A stretch of DNA of 64,000 nt from an uncultured Solirubrobacteraceae bacterium. GTDB taxonomy: Bacteria; Actinomycetota; Thermoleophilia; Solirubrobacterales; Solirubrobacteraceae. The stretch's first letter is position 1; every line of letters begins with the position of its first letter. The position numbers and the translations under genes are program-made. A model generated the notes under the pieces. It ran no database searches. It was not told where the DNA came from and saw only the letters and a program-made list of their open reading frames with translations. Location of the stretch: positions 84,338 through 148,337 of the forward strand of contig CAVTZB010000002.1 in assembly GCA_963739115.1 (NCBI GenBank), in the 5' to 3' direction. This document shows, piece after piece, positions 37,771-47,691 of this stretch.

Positions 37771-39123
37771 ATGAGGGTTCGCTTCGCACCATCTCCTACT
37801 GGGGCGCTGCACATCGGCGGTGCGCGCACGGCGCTGTTCAACTGGCTGCTGGCTCGCCACAACGGCGGTGAGCTGGTGCTGCGCATCGAGGACACCGACC
37901 GTGAGCGCTCCACTCCGGAGAACATCGAGCAGATCCTCGACGCGCTGCGCTGGCTGGAGCTGGACTGGGACGAGGGCCCGATCCTGCAGACCGCGCGCTC
38001 CGAGCGCCACGGCGAGGCGCTGCAGGCGCTGCTCGAGTCCGGCCATGCGTACCGCTCGCGCGCGACCGCCGAGGACGTGAAGGCGTTCAAGGAGCTCTAC
38101 GGGGCCGACCGCGGCTTTCGCGGCGAGCCGGAGGATGAGGGTGCGGTGCGCCTGCGCGTGCCCGCTGACGGCGCGACGGTGGTGCACGACGTGATCCGCG
38201 GAGACACGCGCTTCGAGCACGTCCACCTCGACGATCCGGTGATCGCGCGCGCGGACGGGTCGGTGCTCTACAACTTCGCGGTCGCGATCGACGATCTCGA
38301 CGCGGGCATCACGCACGTGGTGCGCGGCGAGGATCACCTGTCGAACACGCCCAAGCAGCTGCTCGTGCTCGACGCCGCACGGGCCGCTGGCTTTGGCCCG
38401 GACGTGCCGCCGCCGATCTACGCGCATCTGCCGCTGCTGCACGGACCGGATGGCAAGAAGCTCTCCAAGCGCCATGGCGCGGCCTCGGTGCAGGAGCTCA
38501 GGGACGCGGGCTATCTGCCGGAGGCGGTGCGCAACTACCTCGCGCTGCTCGGCTGGGGTGCGGGCGACGACGCGACGGTGCTCTCGACGGACGAGCTCGT
38601 GGAGCGCTTCACGCTGGAGCGCGTCAGCCGCAACCCCGCGCGCTTCGACGAGGTCAAGCTGCGCTGGCTGGACGGGCTGTACATACGCAAACTGCCGGTC
38701 GCAGAGCTGGCTCGCCGCCTGGAAGCGTTCACGGGGCGCGAGGGGCTCGAGGACGCGGCGCGGATCAGCCAGGAGAAGATCCAGACGCTCGCGGACTTCC
38801 TGCCGCTCGCGGGCACGTTGCTCGACGGTCCGGCCGACGACGCGAAGGCGCGCGAGCGCTGGCTGGACGAGGACGGCCGTGCGGCGCTCGGCGACGTGCG
38901 CGCGGCGCTCACCGGCCTGGAGAGCTTCGACGAGGCGAGCGTCGAGCAGGCGCTGTCCGCGGTGATTGAGCGTCGCGGGGTCAAGCCGCGCGAGGTTTAC
39001 CAGCCGCTGCGCGTGGCGCTCACCGGCGGCACCGTGTCGCCGGGCATCTTCGAGAGCGTCGTGCTGCTCGGGCGCGAGGAGACAGTGCGCCGGATTGACC
39101 GCGTGCCAGCGGTCACTCGCTGA
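37771..39123 (+). CDS. gltX: Glutamate--tRNA ligase
   Basis: RFAPSPTGALHIGG, LRIEDTD, HVVRGEDH, KLSKR. Confidence 0.96.
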   Translation: MRVRFAPSPTGALHIGGARTALFNWLLARHNGGELVLRIEDTDRERSTPENIEQILDALRWLELDWDEGPILQTARSERHGEALQALLESGHAYRSRATAEDVKAFKELYGADRGFRGEPEDEGAVRLRVPADGATVVHDVIRGDTRFEHVHLDDPVIARADGSVLYNFAVAIDDLDAGITHVVRGEDHLSNTPKQLLVLDAARAAGFGPDVPPPIYAHLPLLHGPDGKKLSKRHGAASVQELRDAGYLPEAVRNYLALLGWGAGDDATVLSTDELVERFTLERVSRNPARFDEVKLRWLDGLYIRKLPVAELARRLEAFTGREGLEDAARISQEKIQTLADFLPLAGTLLDGPADDAKARERWLDEDGRAALGDVRAALTGLESFDEASVEQALSAVIERRGVKPREVYQPLRVALTGGTVSPGIFESVVLLGREETVRRIDRVPAVTR

Positions 39124-39142
39124 TCGGCTAACGACCGACCCC

Positions 39143-39171
39143 CTAAATGCTTTGCCCGCGGCTGCCGATAT
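39143..39171 (+). promoter_or_regulatory. sigma28 (FliA/SigD/WhiG)-type promoter
   Basis: CTAAA (39143-39147)-16 nt-GCCGATAT (39164-39171), matching the TAAA-N15/16-GCCGATAW consensus. Confidence 0.75.
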
Positions 39172-39236
39172 GACAGCAACGTCGGAACCATTTGGACCGA
39201 GGCATTGGCGAACCCAAGGAAGGGGTCGAGAAAAGC

Positions 39237-40430
39237 ATGCAAGCTACCGCCGCAGCACAGAAAGCGAGCGCACCAAAGAGGCTCACCACCGCGAAGAAGC
39301 GCACGGTGAAGTCCTCTGCGCCGGCAAAGCAGTTGACCAAAGCGAGCGTAGACCCAAACACTCCTGCCCAGCGGCGCGCGACCGCGCCCGGCTCGGGGTC
39401 TGGCGAGCGCCACCAGAACGAGGGCCACGGCCGACGTCTGACGATGGCGTTCGAGGCGCTCGAGGCGTTCCCGGCGCTCGCCGAGTCACGCGACCGGCTG
39501 CTTGCGGTGGTCTCCAAGGATCACGTCGCGACCGCTGATGTGGTCGCTGCGGTCGAGTCCGATGTCGCGCTGCTGATCGCGGTCCTGCGCCTGGCCAACC
39601 GCGCCCTCGACGGCCGCGCTCGCGTCAACACGGCGGTGGCGGCGGTCGAGCTGCTGAGCCCGCAGACCGTGCGAGCGGTCGCCAACCGCGTACGCACGTT
39701 CGACTTCTTCGAGCGCGCCAGCGTGTGGGACGCGGCGCCGGAGCGCTTCCGGCTGCACGCGCTCGCCACCCAGCATGCGGCCGACCGCATCGCGATGGAG
39801 GTGGGCTACGAGAACCGCGACCGCCTGACGGTCACGAGCCTGATGCACGACGTCGGCAAGCTGGTGCTGCTGCACGCCTACCCCGGCTACCCCTCACAGG
39901 TGCACCGCGGCGCGAGGACGCCCGAGGAGCGCATCCACCAGGAGCGCCGCGAGCTCGGCGTCGACCACGCGCTGGTCGGTGGCGTGCTGATCCGCCGCTG
40001 GGGGCTGCCGGCGTCGCTGGCGACGCCGATCGAGCGCCACCACAACCCCGATGTCGAAGGCGAGGCCGCGTTCATCCGCCTGGCGGACATGCTCGCCCAC
40101 TACGAGCAGGGCGCGCGCGTGTCCCCCGCGGAAATGCTCCATACCGCCCGCGCCGTCGGGCTCGGACCGGACGAGCTCAGGCGCGTGATGTACGAACTGC
40201 CGAGCCCCTCCAGCCAGCGCCAGCGCCACGTCAACCCGTGCCCGCTGTCGGGCAGGGAGCTCGGCGTGCTGCAGCGGTTGGCCGAAGGCAAGGTCTACAA
40301 GCAGATCGCCCACGAGCTGACGCTGTGAACGAGCACCGTGCGCACGCACCTTCACAACATCTACGGCAAGCTCGGCGCGGTCGATCGCGCGCAGGCGGTG
40401 CTCATTGCGACCGAGCGCGGCTGGCTGTAG
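39237..40430 (+). pseudogene. HDOD + LuxR-HTH regulator interrupted by in-frame TGA at 40326-40328
   Basis: HDOD motifs (LMHDVGKLVL, DHALVGG..IRRWGLP, IERHH); HTH LSGRELGVL...IAHELTL*TSTVRTHLHNIYGKL...GWL continues in frame for 33 codons. Confidence 0.7.
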
Positions 40431-40461
40431 GCGTTAGCATCGCGCGCACGGTGCAGGCGCG

Positions 40462-40854
40462 ATGATCTCGATCACCAGCAAGTCCCCGTACGCCGTGCTC
40501 GCGCTGGCTGAGCTGGCGCGCACCGGCGGCACCGAGCCGGTGCCGATCGGCGAGCTGGCGCGCCGACGCGACGTGCCGGTGCAGTTCCTGGAGCAGCTGT
40601 TCGCCGTCCTGCGCCGTGGCGGCGTGATCAGCTCACAGCGCGGCGTCAAGGGTGGCTACCGCTTCGCGCGCGAGCCCTCGACGATCACCGTGCTGGAGGT
40701 CGTCGAGCTGCTCGACGGCCCGATCGGCCGTGACGCGCAGGGTGTGTTCGACCAGGCAGCGGAGGCGGCACGCAAGGTGTTGGGCGAGACGACGATCGCC
40801 GACGTGCTCGAGCGCGAGATGCGCGACGCGGGCGCGAGCATGTACCACATCTGA
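40462..40854 (+). CDS. Rrf2-family regulator lacking Fe-S cysteines (CymR-like)
   Basis: YAVLALAELA, FLEQLF..LRRGG..SSQRGVKGGY, ITVLEVVELLDG; no Cys; directly upstream of cysK. Confidence 0.88.
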   Translation: MISITSKSPYAVLALAELARTGGTEPVPIGELARRRDVPVQFLEQLFAVLRRGGVISSQRGVKGGYRFAREPSTITVLEVVELLDGPIGRDAQGVFDQAAEAARKVLGETTIADVLEREMRDAGASMYHI

Positions 40855-40928
40855 GTATCCGTCAGGCCGCTGGACGAGGCCGCCCGGAGAGCCGGGCATC
40901 TGGTCGCCTCCACTATTGTCGTGGCCGC

Positions 40929-41873
40929 ATGCCACGAATCCCGATCAACATTGCGGAGTTGGTGGGCGGCACGCCGCTGGTCGGCCTCCCGCGCATGCTT
41001 GAAGGGACGCCGGCGGCTGAGAACGGCGTGGAGCTGTTCGCGAAGCTCGAGGCGTTCAACCCGGGCGGGAGCGTGAAGGACCGCATCGGCGTCGCGATGA
41101 TCGAGGCGGCGGAGGCGGAAGGCAGGATCGAGCCGGGACGTACGACGATCGTGGAGGCGACGAGCGGCAACACGGGCATAGCGCTGGCGTTCGTGTGCGC
41201 GGCGAAGGGCTACGAGCTGGTGCTGACGTTGCCGCAGGGCATGAGCCGCGAGCGCGAGAGCCTGCTGCGTCTGTATGGCGCGCGTGTGGAGATAACTGAG
41301 TCGCTGGGGGGGATGGGCGAGGCGGTGGCGGCGGCGCGCGCGATGGCGCGCGACGACGACGTGTTCCTGCCCGACCAGTTCTCCAACCCCGCCAACCCGG
41401 AGATCCACCGTCGCACGACCGGCCCGGAGATCGAGCGGGCGCTCGACGGTCGCGTGGACGTGCTGGTGGCGGGCGTGGGGACGGGGGGCACGATCACGGG
41501 CGTGGGCGAGTACCTGCGCGAGCACGCCAACCCGAACCTGCACGTGGTGGCGGTCGAGCCTCGCGGCTCGGCGGTGCTGTCGGGCGCCGCGCCTGGGCCG
41601 CACCGCATTCAGGGGATCGGCGCGGGCTTCGTGCCGCCGGTGCTCAACCGCGAGCTGCTCGACGAGGTCATTCCCGTTAGCGACGACGACGCGATCCAGA
41701 CCGCGTGGACGTGCGCCAAACGCGCGGGCGTGCTCGCGGGCATCTCCTGCGGCGCCGCGCTGTGGGCCGCCGTGCAGGTCGCCGCCCGCCCGGATTCGCG
41801 AGGCAAGCGGATCGTGGTGGTGATGCCCGACTCGGGCGAGCGCTATATATCGCAGGCTTTTTTCGCGCCGTAG
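40929..41873 (+). CDS. cysK: Cysteine synthase A
   Basis: NPGGSVKDR (PLP Lys), EATSGNTG, GVGTGGT, HRIQGIG, PDSGERY. Confidence 0.95.
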   Translation: MPRIPINIAELVGGTPLVGLPRMLEGTPAAENGVELFAKLEAFNPGGSVKDRIGVAMIEAAEAEGRIEPGRTTIVEATSGNTGIALAFVCAAKGYELVLTLPQGMSRERESLLRLYGARVEITESLGGMGEAVAAARAMARDDDVFLPDQFSNPANPEIHRRTTGPEIERALDGRVDVLVAGVGTGGTITGVGEYLREHANPNLHVVAVEPRGSAVLSGAAPGPHRIQGIGAGFVPPVLNRELLDEVIPVSDDDAIQTAWTCAKRAGVLAGISCGAALWAAVQVAARPDSRGKRIVVVMPDSGERYISQAFFAP

Positions 41874-41881
41874 CCGATCTT

Positions 41882-43027
41882 TTATGGGCGCCCCTCATGG
41901 GGGCGCTCGCGGGGTCGCGGGGTGGAGAGGAGACGCTGGGTGCTCAGCGCGAGCAATGCGGCGAACACGGCGGTCGCGAGCACGTTGGCGAATAGCGTGT
42001 AGTCAACCTTGACGGGGGTGAAGATCTGCGCATGGGTGGGGCGGAAGGTGGGGATCAGGCCGGCGGCGCTGAACAGGCCGTTGACGACAAGCGCGGCGAG
42101 CACCATCGCTATGAACATCAGCGCGATGGTCCGCAGCGCGTAGGCGTCGCCGTAGTACTTGCGGTAGATGAGGATGATCGGGATGATGATCAGGTCGGCG
42201 AAGATGAACGCGATCACGCCCGCGAAGCCGATGCCGCCCGACCACAGCACGGCGGCCAGTGGCACGTTGCCGACCGAGCAGACGAAGCTGAGCGCGGCCA
42301 CCACTGGCCCGACGATCGCGTTCTCGACGAGCTTCACGCCGGCGGGCGCGTGCGTGATGAACAGCGCGTTGAAGAAGCTACCGGGGAGCTGCCCGATGAA
42401 GCCTGCGAGCAGGAAGCCGATCGCGACGTCTTTCCACACCATCGACCAGTCGCTTCGGAAGTTCTGCGCGACCTCCGTCCACGCGCTCGCGCTGGTCAGA
42501 CGCCGGCGCAGCGGCATCGACCCATCGGCGCCGGCGCCGTGGTCGTGATGGTGGTGGCCGCCGTCCGCCTCTTCGGCGTGGGTTCGCGCCTGCGCCTCCA
42601 GGCGCTTTGACACGAACAGCCGCAGCAGCACGGTCATGATCGCGATCAGCACGAACCCACCGACGAACTCGGCGAGCGTGAACTGCCAGCCGAGCAGAAT
42701 CCAGATCACGATCCCGAGCTCGAACACGAGGTTCGTCGAGGCGAACTGGAACGCGAGCGCCGACGCCGCGCTGGCGCCCTTGGCGAACAGGCTCCTGGCG
42801 ATCGCGATCGCGGCGTAGCTGCACGAGGAGGACGCCGCGCCCAGTCCGGTCGCGAGCGCCACCGGGCGCAGGCCCGAGCCGCCGAGGGCGTCCTGGATGC
42901 GCTGGCGGGGAACCCACGCCTGCACCACGCCTGAGATCGCGAAGCCGAGGACCAGCGCCCACCACACCTGCCACGCCATCAGGAATGAGTCTTCCAGGCC
43001 GTCGCCGATGGTCGTGAGCACGCCCAT
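41882..43027 (-). CDS. Predicted permease (DUF318-like) with His-rich loop
   Basis: Multi-TM; [34 protein letters not shown] loop. Confidence 0.82.
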   Translation of the reverse strand: MGVLTTIGDGLEDSFLMAWQVWWALVLGFAISGVVQAWVPRQRIQDALGGSGLRPVALATGLGAASSSCSYAAIAIARSLFAKGASAASALAFQFASTNLVFELGIVIWILLGWQFTLAEFVGGFVLIAIMTVLLRLFVSKRLEAQARTHAEEADGGHHHHDHGAGADGSMPLRRRLTSASAWTEVAQNFRSDWSMVWKDVAIGFLLAGFIGQLPGSFFNALFITHAPAGVKLVENAIVGPVVAALSFVCSVGNVPLAAVLWSGGIGFAGVIAFIFADLIIIPIILIYRKYYGDAYALRTIALMFIAMVLAALVVNGLFSAAGLIPTFRPTHAQIFTPVKVDYTLFANVLATAVFAALLALSTQRLLSTPRPRERPHEGRP

Positions 43028-43103
43028 GGCGGTCAAGTATGCGCATGGGGTGCGCGTCCCACGGCGTGGTCGAGGTCGCGGATCTGCCCGCTACGCTGTT
43101 GCG

Positions 43104-43844
43104 ATGGCCCGATTCGAGGCGTTCGCAGGGGTGGCCAAGGAGTTGCGGCGCGACGTGCTGGCGGCGCGCGACCGCGATCCAGCCGCGCGCGGAGTCTCGC
43201 CCGCCGAGATCCTTGCCACCTGGCCAGGGATCCACGCGCTGCTCGCCTACCGCGTCGCTCACGCGCTGCACCTGGCGGGCGTGCCGCTGCTGCCGCGGCT
43301 GATCTCGATGCTCACGCGCGCGCTCACCGGCATCGAGATCCACCCCGCCGCGCAGATCGGGCAGGGGCTGTTCATCGACCATGGCGCCGGCGTGGTGATC
43401 GGCGAGACGGCGGACATCGGCAACGACGTGACGCTGTACCAGGGCGTCACGCTGGGCGGCACGGGCTTCGCGACCGGCAAGCGCCATCCGACGGTGCAGG
43501 ACAACGTGACGATCGGCTCCGGCGCGAAGCTGCTGGGTCCGATCACGATCGGCCACGGTGCGAAGATCGGCGCCAACAGCGTCGTCATCACCGACGTGCC
43601 CGCCAACTCGACCGTCGTCGGCAACCCGGGTCACCCGGTGCGCGTCGACGGGCGCCGCGTGGAGGGCCCCGACGCCGACTGGATCCACCTGCCCGACCCG
43701 ATCGCCGAGGCGATCCAGGCGCTCTCCAGCCGCATCGTCGCGCTAGAACGCCAGCTCGCCGAGCGCTCGGACGGCGAGCCCGAGACGATCGCCGAGGTCA
43801 GGCCGCTGCGCACGGTCAAGGGCCCCAACCCCGCCGGGGGCTGA
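43104..43844 (+). CDS. cysE: Serine O-acetyltransferase
   Basis: [36 protein letters not shown]; TACGCT 6 nt upstream of ATG. Confidence 0.95.
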   Translation: MARFEAFAGVAKELRRDVLAARDRDPAARGVSPAEILATWPGIHALLAYRVAHALHLAGVPLLPRLISMLTRALTGIEIHPAAQIGQGLFIDHGAGVVIGETADIGNDVTLYQGVTLGGTGFATGKRHPTVQDNVTIGSGAKLLGPITIGHGAKIGANSVVITDVPANSTVVGNPGHPVRVDGRRVEGPDADWIHLPDPIAEAIQALSSRIVALERQLAERSDGEPETIAEVRPLRTVKGPNPAGG

Positions 43845-43861
43845 CCTATGCTGGGGATTCG

Positions 43862-46264
43862 ATGTCTGAGAACCCCCACGCCGCGCACATCCAGGAGCTC
43901 CTGGAGGACCTGAACGAGCCTCAGCGCGAGGCGGTCACGCATGGCGAGGGGCCGCTGCTGATCCTGGCGGGGGCGGGGAGTGGCAAGACGCGCGTGCTCG
44001 CGCACCGGATCGCATTCCTGATCTACACCGACCAGGCACAGGCGGGGGAGATCCTGGCGATCACGTTCACGAACAAGGCCGCCAACGAGATGCGGGAGCG
44101 GGTCGAGCGCGTGCTCGGCCACGGCACGCGCGCGATGTGGGTGATGACCTTCCACGCCGCCTGCGCGCGGATCCTGCGCGCGGAGGCGCAGCGGCTCGGC
44201 TACACGCGCCAGTTCACGATCTACGACCAGGCGGACGCGCGGCGGCTGACCAAGCGCTCGGCCGACGCCGTGGGGGTGGACCCCAAGCGCTTCACGCCGG
44301 CGGCGATCCACAACCAGATCTCCGCCGCCAAGAACCAGCTGATCGATGCCGAGACCTACCGCCAGCGCGTCGGCTCGCAGTTCGAGGAGATGATCGCGGA
44401 CGTCTACGACATCTACGAGCGCGACCTGCACCGCATGAACGCGATGGACTTCGACGACCTGCTGTTCCGGGTCGTCAACCTACTGGAGCTGTTCGAGGAC
44501 GTCCGCGAGCGCTACCGAAACACGTTCCGTCACGTGCTCGTCAACGAGTACCAGGACACCAACCACGCCCAGTACCGGATGCTGCAGCTGCTCGTCGGCG
44601 GCGGCCGACCGCCGCAGCGCGGCGAGAGCCAGCCGGGCGATCGCCCGACCTACAGCGGCCCCGTCGGGCATCGCAACCTGGCGGTGGTAGGGGATGACAG
44701 TCAATCGGTCTATTCATTTCGTGGGGCTGACATTAGAAACATCCTTGATTTCCAGGAAGACTTCCCCGACGCGCGCGTGGTGAAGCTCGAGCAGAACTAC
44801 CGCTCGACCGAGACGATCCTGCGGGCGGCCAACGCGGTGATCGCGAACAACCGCGGCGGCATCGCCAAGCGGCTGTGGAGCGAACTGGGACAGGGCGAGC
44901 AGATCCAGCTGCGCGTACTCGACGACGAGTACGCGGAGGCGCGGTTCATCGTGGGAGAGATACAGCGGCTGATCGACGAGGGCGCCTCGCGCGCGGAGAT
45001 CGCGGTGCTGTACCGCACGAACGCGCTGTCGCGGGTGCTCGAGGAAACGCTCACCCGCCAGGACATCGCCTACCAGGTGATCGGCGGCACGAAGTTCTTC
45101 GAACGCGCGGAGATCAAGGACGCGATCGCGTACCTGTCGCTGATCGCCAACCCCGCCGACGTGGTGAGCTTCACCCGCGTGGTCAACTCGCCGCGGCGCG
45201 GCATCGGGCAGACCTCGCTCGGGCGCGTGCTCGCCCACTCCGACTCGCAGGGCATCCCCGTGTGGGAGGCCGCCGCCCAGCCCGAGCAGGTTCCCGGGCT
45301 CGGCGCCGCGGCGGTGAAGGCGCTACGGCGGTTCATGGACACGATGGAGGAGCTGCGTAGCCTCGCGGGCATGCCCGCGGTCGGGGCGCAGGCGGACGCG
45401 GCCGACGGCGCCACGCGCGACGAGGGCGAGGGCGAGGCGGTCGGGCCGGGCGTGCCGGTCGGCGATCTGCTGGAGGCGCTGCTCTCGCAGACCGGCTACA
45501 CCGAAGCGCTCGAGGCGGAGCACACGATCGAGTCGCAGGGACGCATCGAGAACCTCGATCAGCTCGTCGAGGGTGCGCGCACGTTCGACGCGCTGGCGGG
45601 TGAGGGGCAGGACACGCTCGCCGCCTACCTGCAGGAGGTCGCGCTGGTGGCCGACGCCGACAGCCGCAGCGACGAGGGCCTCGTGACGCTGATGACGCTG
45701 CACAACGCCAAGGGCCTCGAGTACCCGACGGTGTTCATCGCCGGCTGCGAGGACGGCGTGTTCCCGCACTCGCGCGCGATCGAGGAGGGCTCGCTCGAGG
45801 AGGAGCGGCGCCTGTTCTACGTAGGGGTCACGCGTGCGATGCGCCAGCTGTACCTCACCCATGCCCGCCGGCGAGCGGTGTTCGGCGCGCAGAGCTACGG
45901 CATGCGCAGCCGCTTCCTCGACGAGATTCCCGCCGACCTGCTCGAGGAGCCCCGGCAGACCGCGTTCCGCCCAGGCGCCGGCTGGTCGGCCGGCGGCGGC
46001 ACGCCCACCGTGACCGCACGCCGCGGCACCGCCAACGGCAGCTGGGCCGCGCCGTCCGGCGCCGAGCGCGCGGCGGTCGCAGCCGGGCAGGGGGGCGTCT
46101 CGGTCGCAAACCAGTTCCGTCTCGGCGAGGACGTCGTGCACGCCGCCTTCGGCGATGGCGTCGTCACCGGCGTCGAGCCTGGCGGGGTGATCGTCGTGCG
46201 CTTCGCCGGCGACGGCTCGGAACGCAAGCTCATGGCTGAGTATGCCCCCGTTAGCCGGCGCTGA
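43862..46264 (+). CDS. pcrA: SF1 DNA helicase PcrA/UvrD (motif II reads NEYQD)
   Basis: AGAGSGKT, TFTNKAA, GDDSQSVYSFRGA, LEQNYRS, MTLHNAKGLE, EERRLFYVGVTRA, C-terminal Tudor-like domain. Confidence 0.95.
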   Translation: MSENPHAAHIQELLEDLNEPQREAVTHGEGPLLILAGAGSGKTRVLAHRIAFLIYTDQAQAGEILAITFTNKAANEMRERVERVLGHGTRAMWVMTFHAACARILRAEAQRLGYTRQFTIYDQADARRLTKRSADAVGVDPKRFTPAAIHNQISAAKNQLIDAETYRQRVGSQFEEMIADVYDIYERDLHRMNAMDFDDLLFRVVNLLELFEDVRERYRNTFRHVLVNEYQDTNHAQYRMLQLLVGGGRPPQRGESQPGDRPTYSGPVGHRNLAVVGDDSQSVYSFRGADIRNILDFQEDFPDARVVKLEQNYRSTETILRAANAVIANNRGGIAKRLWSELGQGEQIQLRVLDDEYAEARFIVGEIQRLIDEGASRAEIAVLYRTNALSRVLEETLTRQDIAYQVIGGTKFFERAEIKDAIAYLSLIANPADVVSFTRVVNSPRRGIGQTSLGRVLAHSDSQGIPVWEAAAQPEQVPGLGAAAVKALRRFMDTMEELRSLAGMPAVGAQADAADGATRDEGEGEAVGPGVPVGDLLEALLSQTGYTEALEAEHTIESQGRIENLDQLVEGARTFDALAGEGQDTLAAYLQEVALVADADSRSDEGLVTLMTLHNAKGLEYPTVFIAGCEDGVFPHSRAIEEGSLEEERRLFYVGVTRAMRQLYLTHARRRAVFGAQSYGMRSRFLDEIPADLLEEPRQTAFRPGAGWSAGGGTPTVTARRGTANGSWAAPSGAERAAVAAGQGGVSVANQFRLGEDVVHAAFGDGVVTGVEPGGVIVVRFAGDGSERKLMAEYAPVSRR

Positions 46265-46309
46265 CGCGCGCGTTCCCCGGCGGCGGCAAACGCATAGCAT
46301 CTGCTGGGC

Positions 46310-47221
46310 ATGAGCGCCACGATCATCGACGGCAAAGCGATCGCCGCGCGGGTGCGAGCCGATGTGGCGCGCGACGTCGAGGCGTTCGTCCGTGAGAGCG
46401 GGCGCCCGCCCGGGCTCGCGACCGTGCTCGTCGGCGACGACCCCGCGTCCGCGGTGTACGTCGGCGGCAAGCAGCGCGCGTGCGTGGAGGTCGGGATGGT
46501 GCCGTTCGACCGGCGGCTGCCCGCGGACGCGTCGTTCGAGCAGGTCGCCGAGGAGCTACAGCGCCTGAACGACGACCGCGCCGTCAGCGGCGTGCTGCTG
46601 CAGCTGCCCGTGCCGGAGCATCTCGACGGGCCCACGCTGACGGGCATGATCAGCCCGGACAAGGACGTCGACGGTCTCACCCCCGTCAACGCCGGGCTGC
46701 TGTCGCTCGGGCGCCGGGGGCTGCGCCCGGCCACCCCCTCGGGGGTGATGGTGATGCTCGACGACATCGGCGTCGCGCTCGAGGGCGCCGAGGCGGTCGT
46801 CGTCGGGCGCTCCAACCTGTTCGGCAAGCCGATGGCGCAGATGCTGCTCGAGCGCAACGCCACCGTGACCGTCTGCCACTCGCGCACGCGCGACCTGCGC
46901 GAAGTGTGCTCACGGGCCGACGTGCTGATCGTCGCCGTCGGCCGCGCGCGCATCGTGCAGCGAGACTTCGTGCGCCCGGGCGCCGTCGTGATCGACGTCG
47001 GCATGAACCGGCTCACGCCGGAGGAGGCGGGCAATAAGAGCGGCCTCGTCGGTGACGTCAACTATGCCGCCGTCGTCGATGTCGCCTCCGCCATCACCCC
47101 CGTGCCCGGCGGCGTCGGTCCGATGACGATCGCGCTGCTGCTGCGCAACACGCTGCAGGCCGCCCGCTACCACGCCGAGCTCGAGTCGCTGCTCGGCGAC
47201 GTCGACAAGGACATGGTGTGA
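46310..47221 (+). CDS. folD: Methylenetetrahydrofolate dehydrogenase/cyclohydrolase
   Basis: VGDDPASAVYV..K, QLP, KDVDG, VGRSNLFGKP, TPVPGGVGPMT. Confidence 0.96.
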   Translation: MSATIIDGKAIAARVRADVARDVEAFVRESGRPPGLATVLVGDDPASAVYVGGKQRACVEVGMVPFDRRLPADASFEQVAEELQRLNDDRAVSGVLLQLPVPEHLDGPTLTGMISPDKDVDGLTPVNAGLLSLGRRGLRPATPSGVMVMLDDIGVALEGAEAVVVGRSNLFGKPMAQMLLERNATVTVCHSRTRDLREVCSRADVLIVAVGRARIVQRDFVRPGAVVIDVGMNRLTPEEAGNKSGLVGDVNYAAVVDVASAITPVPGGVGPMTIALLLRNTLQAARYHAELESLLGDVDKDMV

Positions 47222-47649
47222 AGCGCCTACGGTTCGGCGAGCTCCTCGCGCTCGTCGGCGCGATCTGCGTGATCGTCTCGCTGTTCGAGCGCTCCTATGA
47301 AGCGCCCGTCGGCAACCTCGACGCGTGGGACACGTTCGGACCCGCCGTCGTGCTGCTGCTGGCGGCGGTGTGCGCCGCGCTCGCGATGGTCGTAAGCGCG
47401 CTCACCGAGCGCAGCCCCGCGCTGCCGGTGTCAACGGCCGTGTGGTGCGTGCTGCTCGGGCTGATCGCCGTGATCGCCGCGATCGTCCGCGTGCTCGAGC
47501 GCCCCGACCACGCCACGGAGGTCTGCTTCGGCGCGTGGCTGGCGCTCGCCGGCGCGGCCCTGATCCTCGCCGGGGCATGGCAGGCGCTGCGCGACGAACG
47601 GCCGTCGCTCTACAAACCCGCGCAGCCAGAGCCACGCCCACGACCCTAG
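47218..47649 (+). CDS. Small 4-TM membrane protein
   Basis: Four hydrophobic segments; GTGA overlap with folD. Confidence 0.7.
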   Translation: MKRLRFGELLALVGAICVIVSLFERSYEAPVGNLDAWDTFGPAVVLLLAAVCAALAMVVSALTERSPALPVSTAVWCVLLGLIAVIAAIVRVLERPDHATEVCFGAWLALAGAALILAGAWQALRDERPSLYKPAQPEPRPRP

Positions 47650-47691
47650 CTGTAGAAGCTGAGCGCGCGCGGGCGCCTCAGAGCGGTGCGC

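Noticed and set aside
40326-40380. Selenocysteine decoding of the HDOD-LuxR TGA
   Set aside because: No convincing SECIS hairpin, and the position is a structural Ser rather than a redox Cys; kept only as a stop anomaly.
43030-43060. CsoR-like box upstream of the permease
   Set aside because: Only a CCCC tract; no TAC...GTA palindrome.
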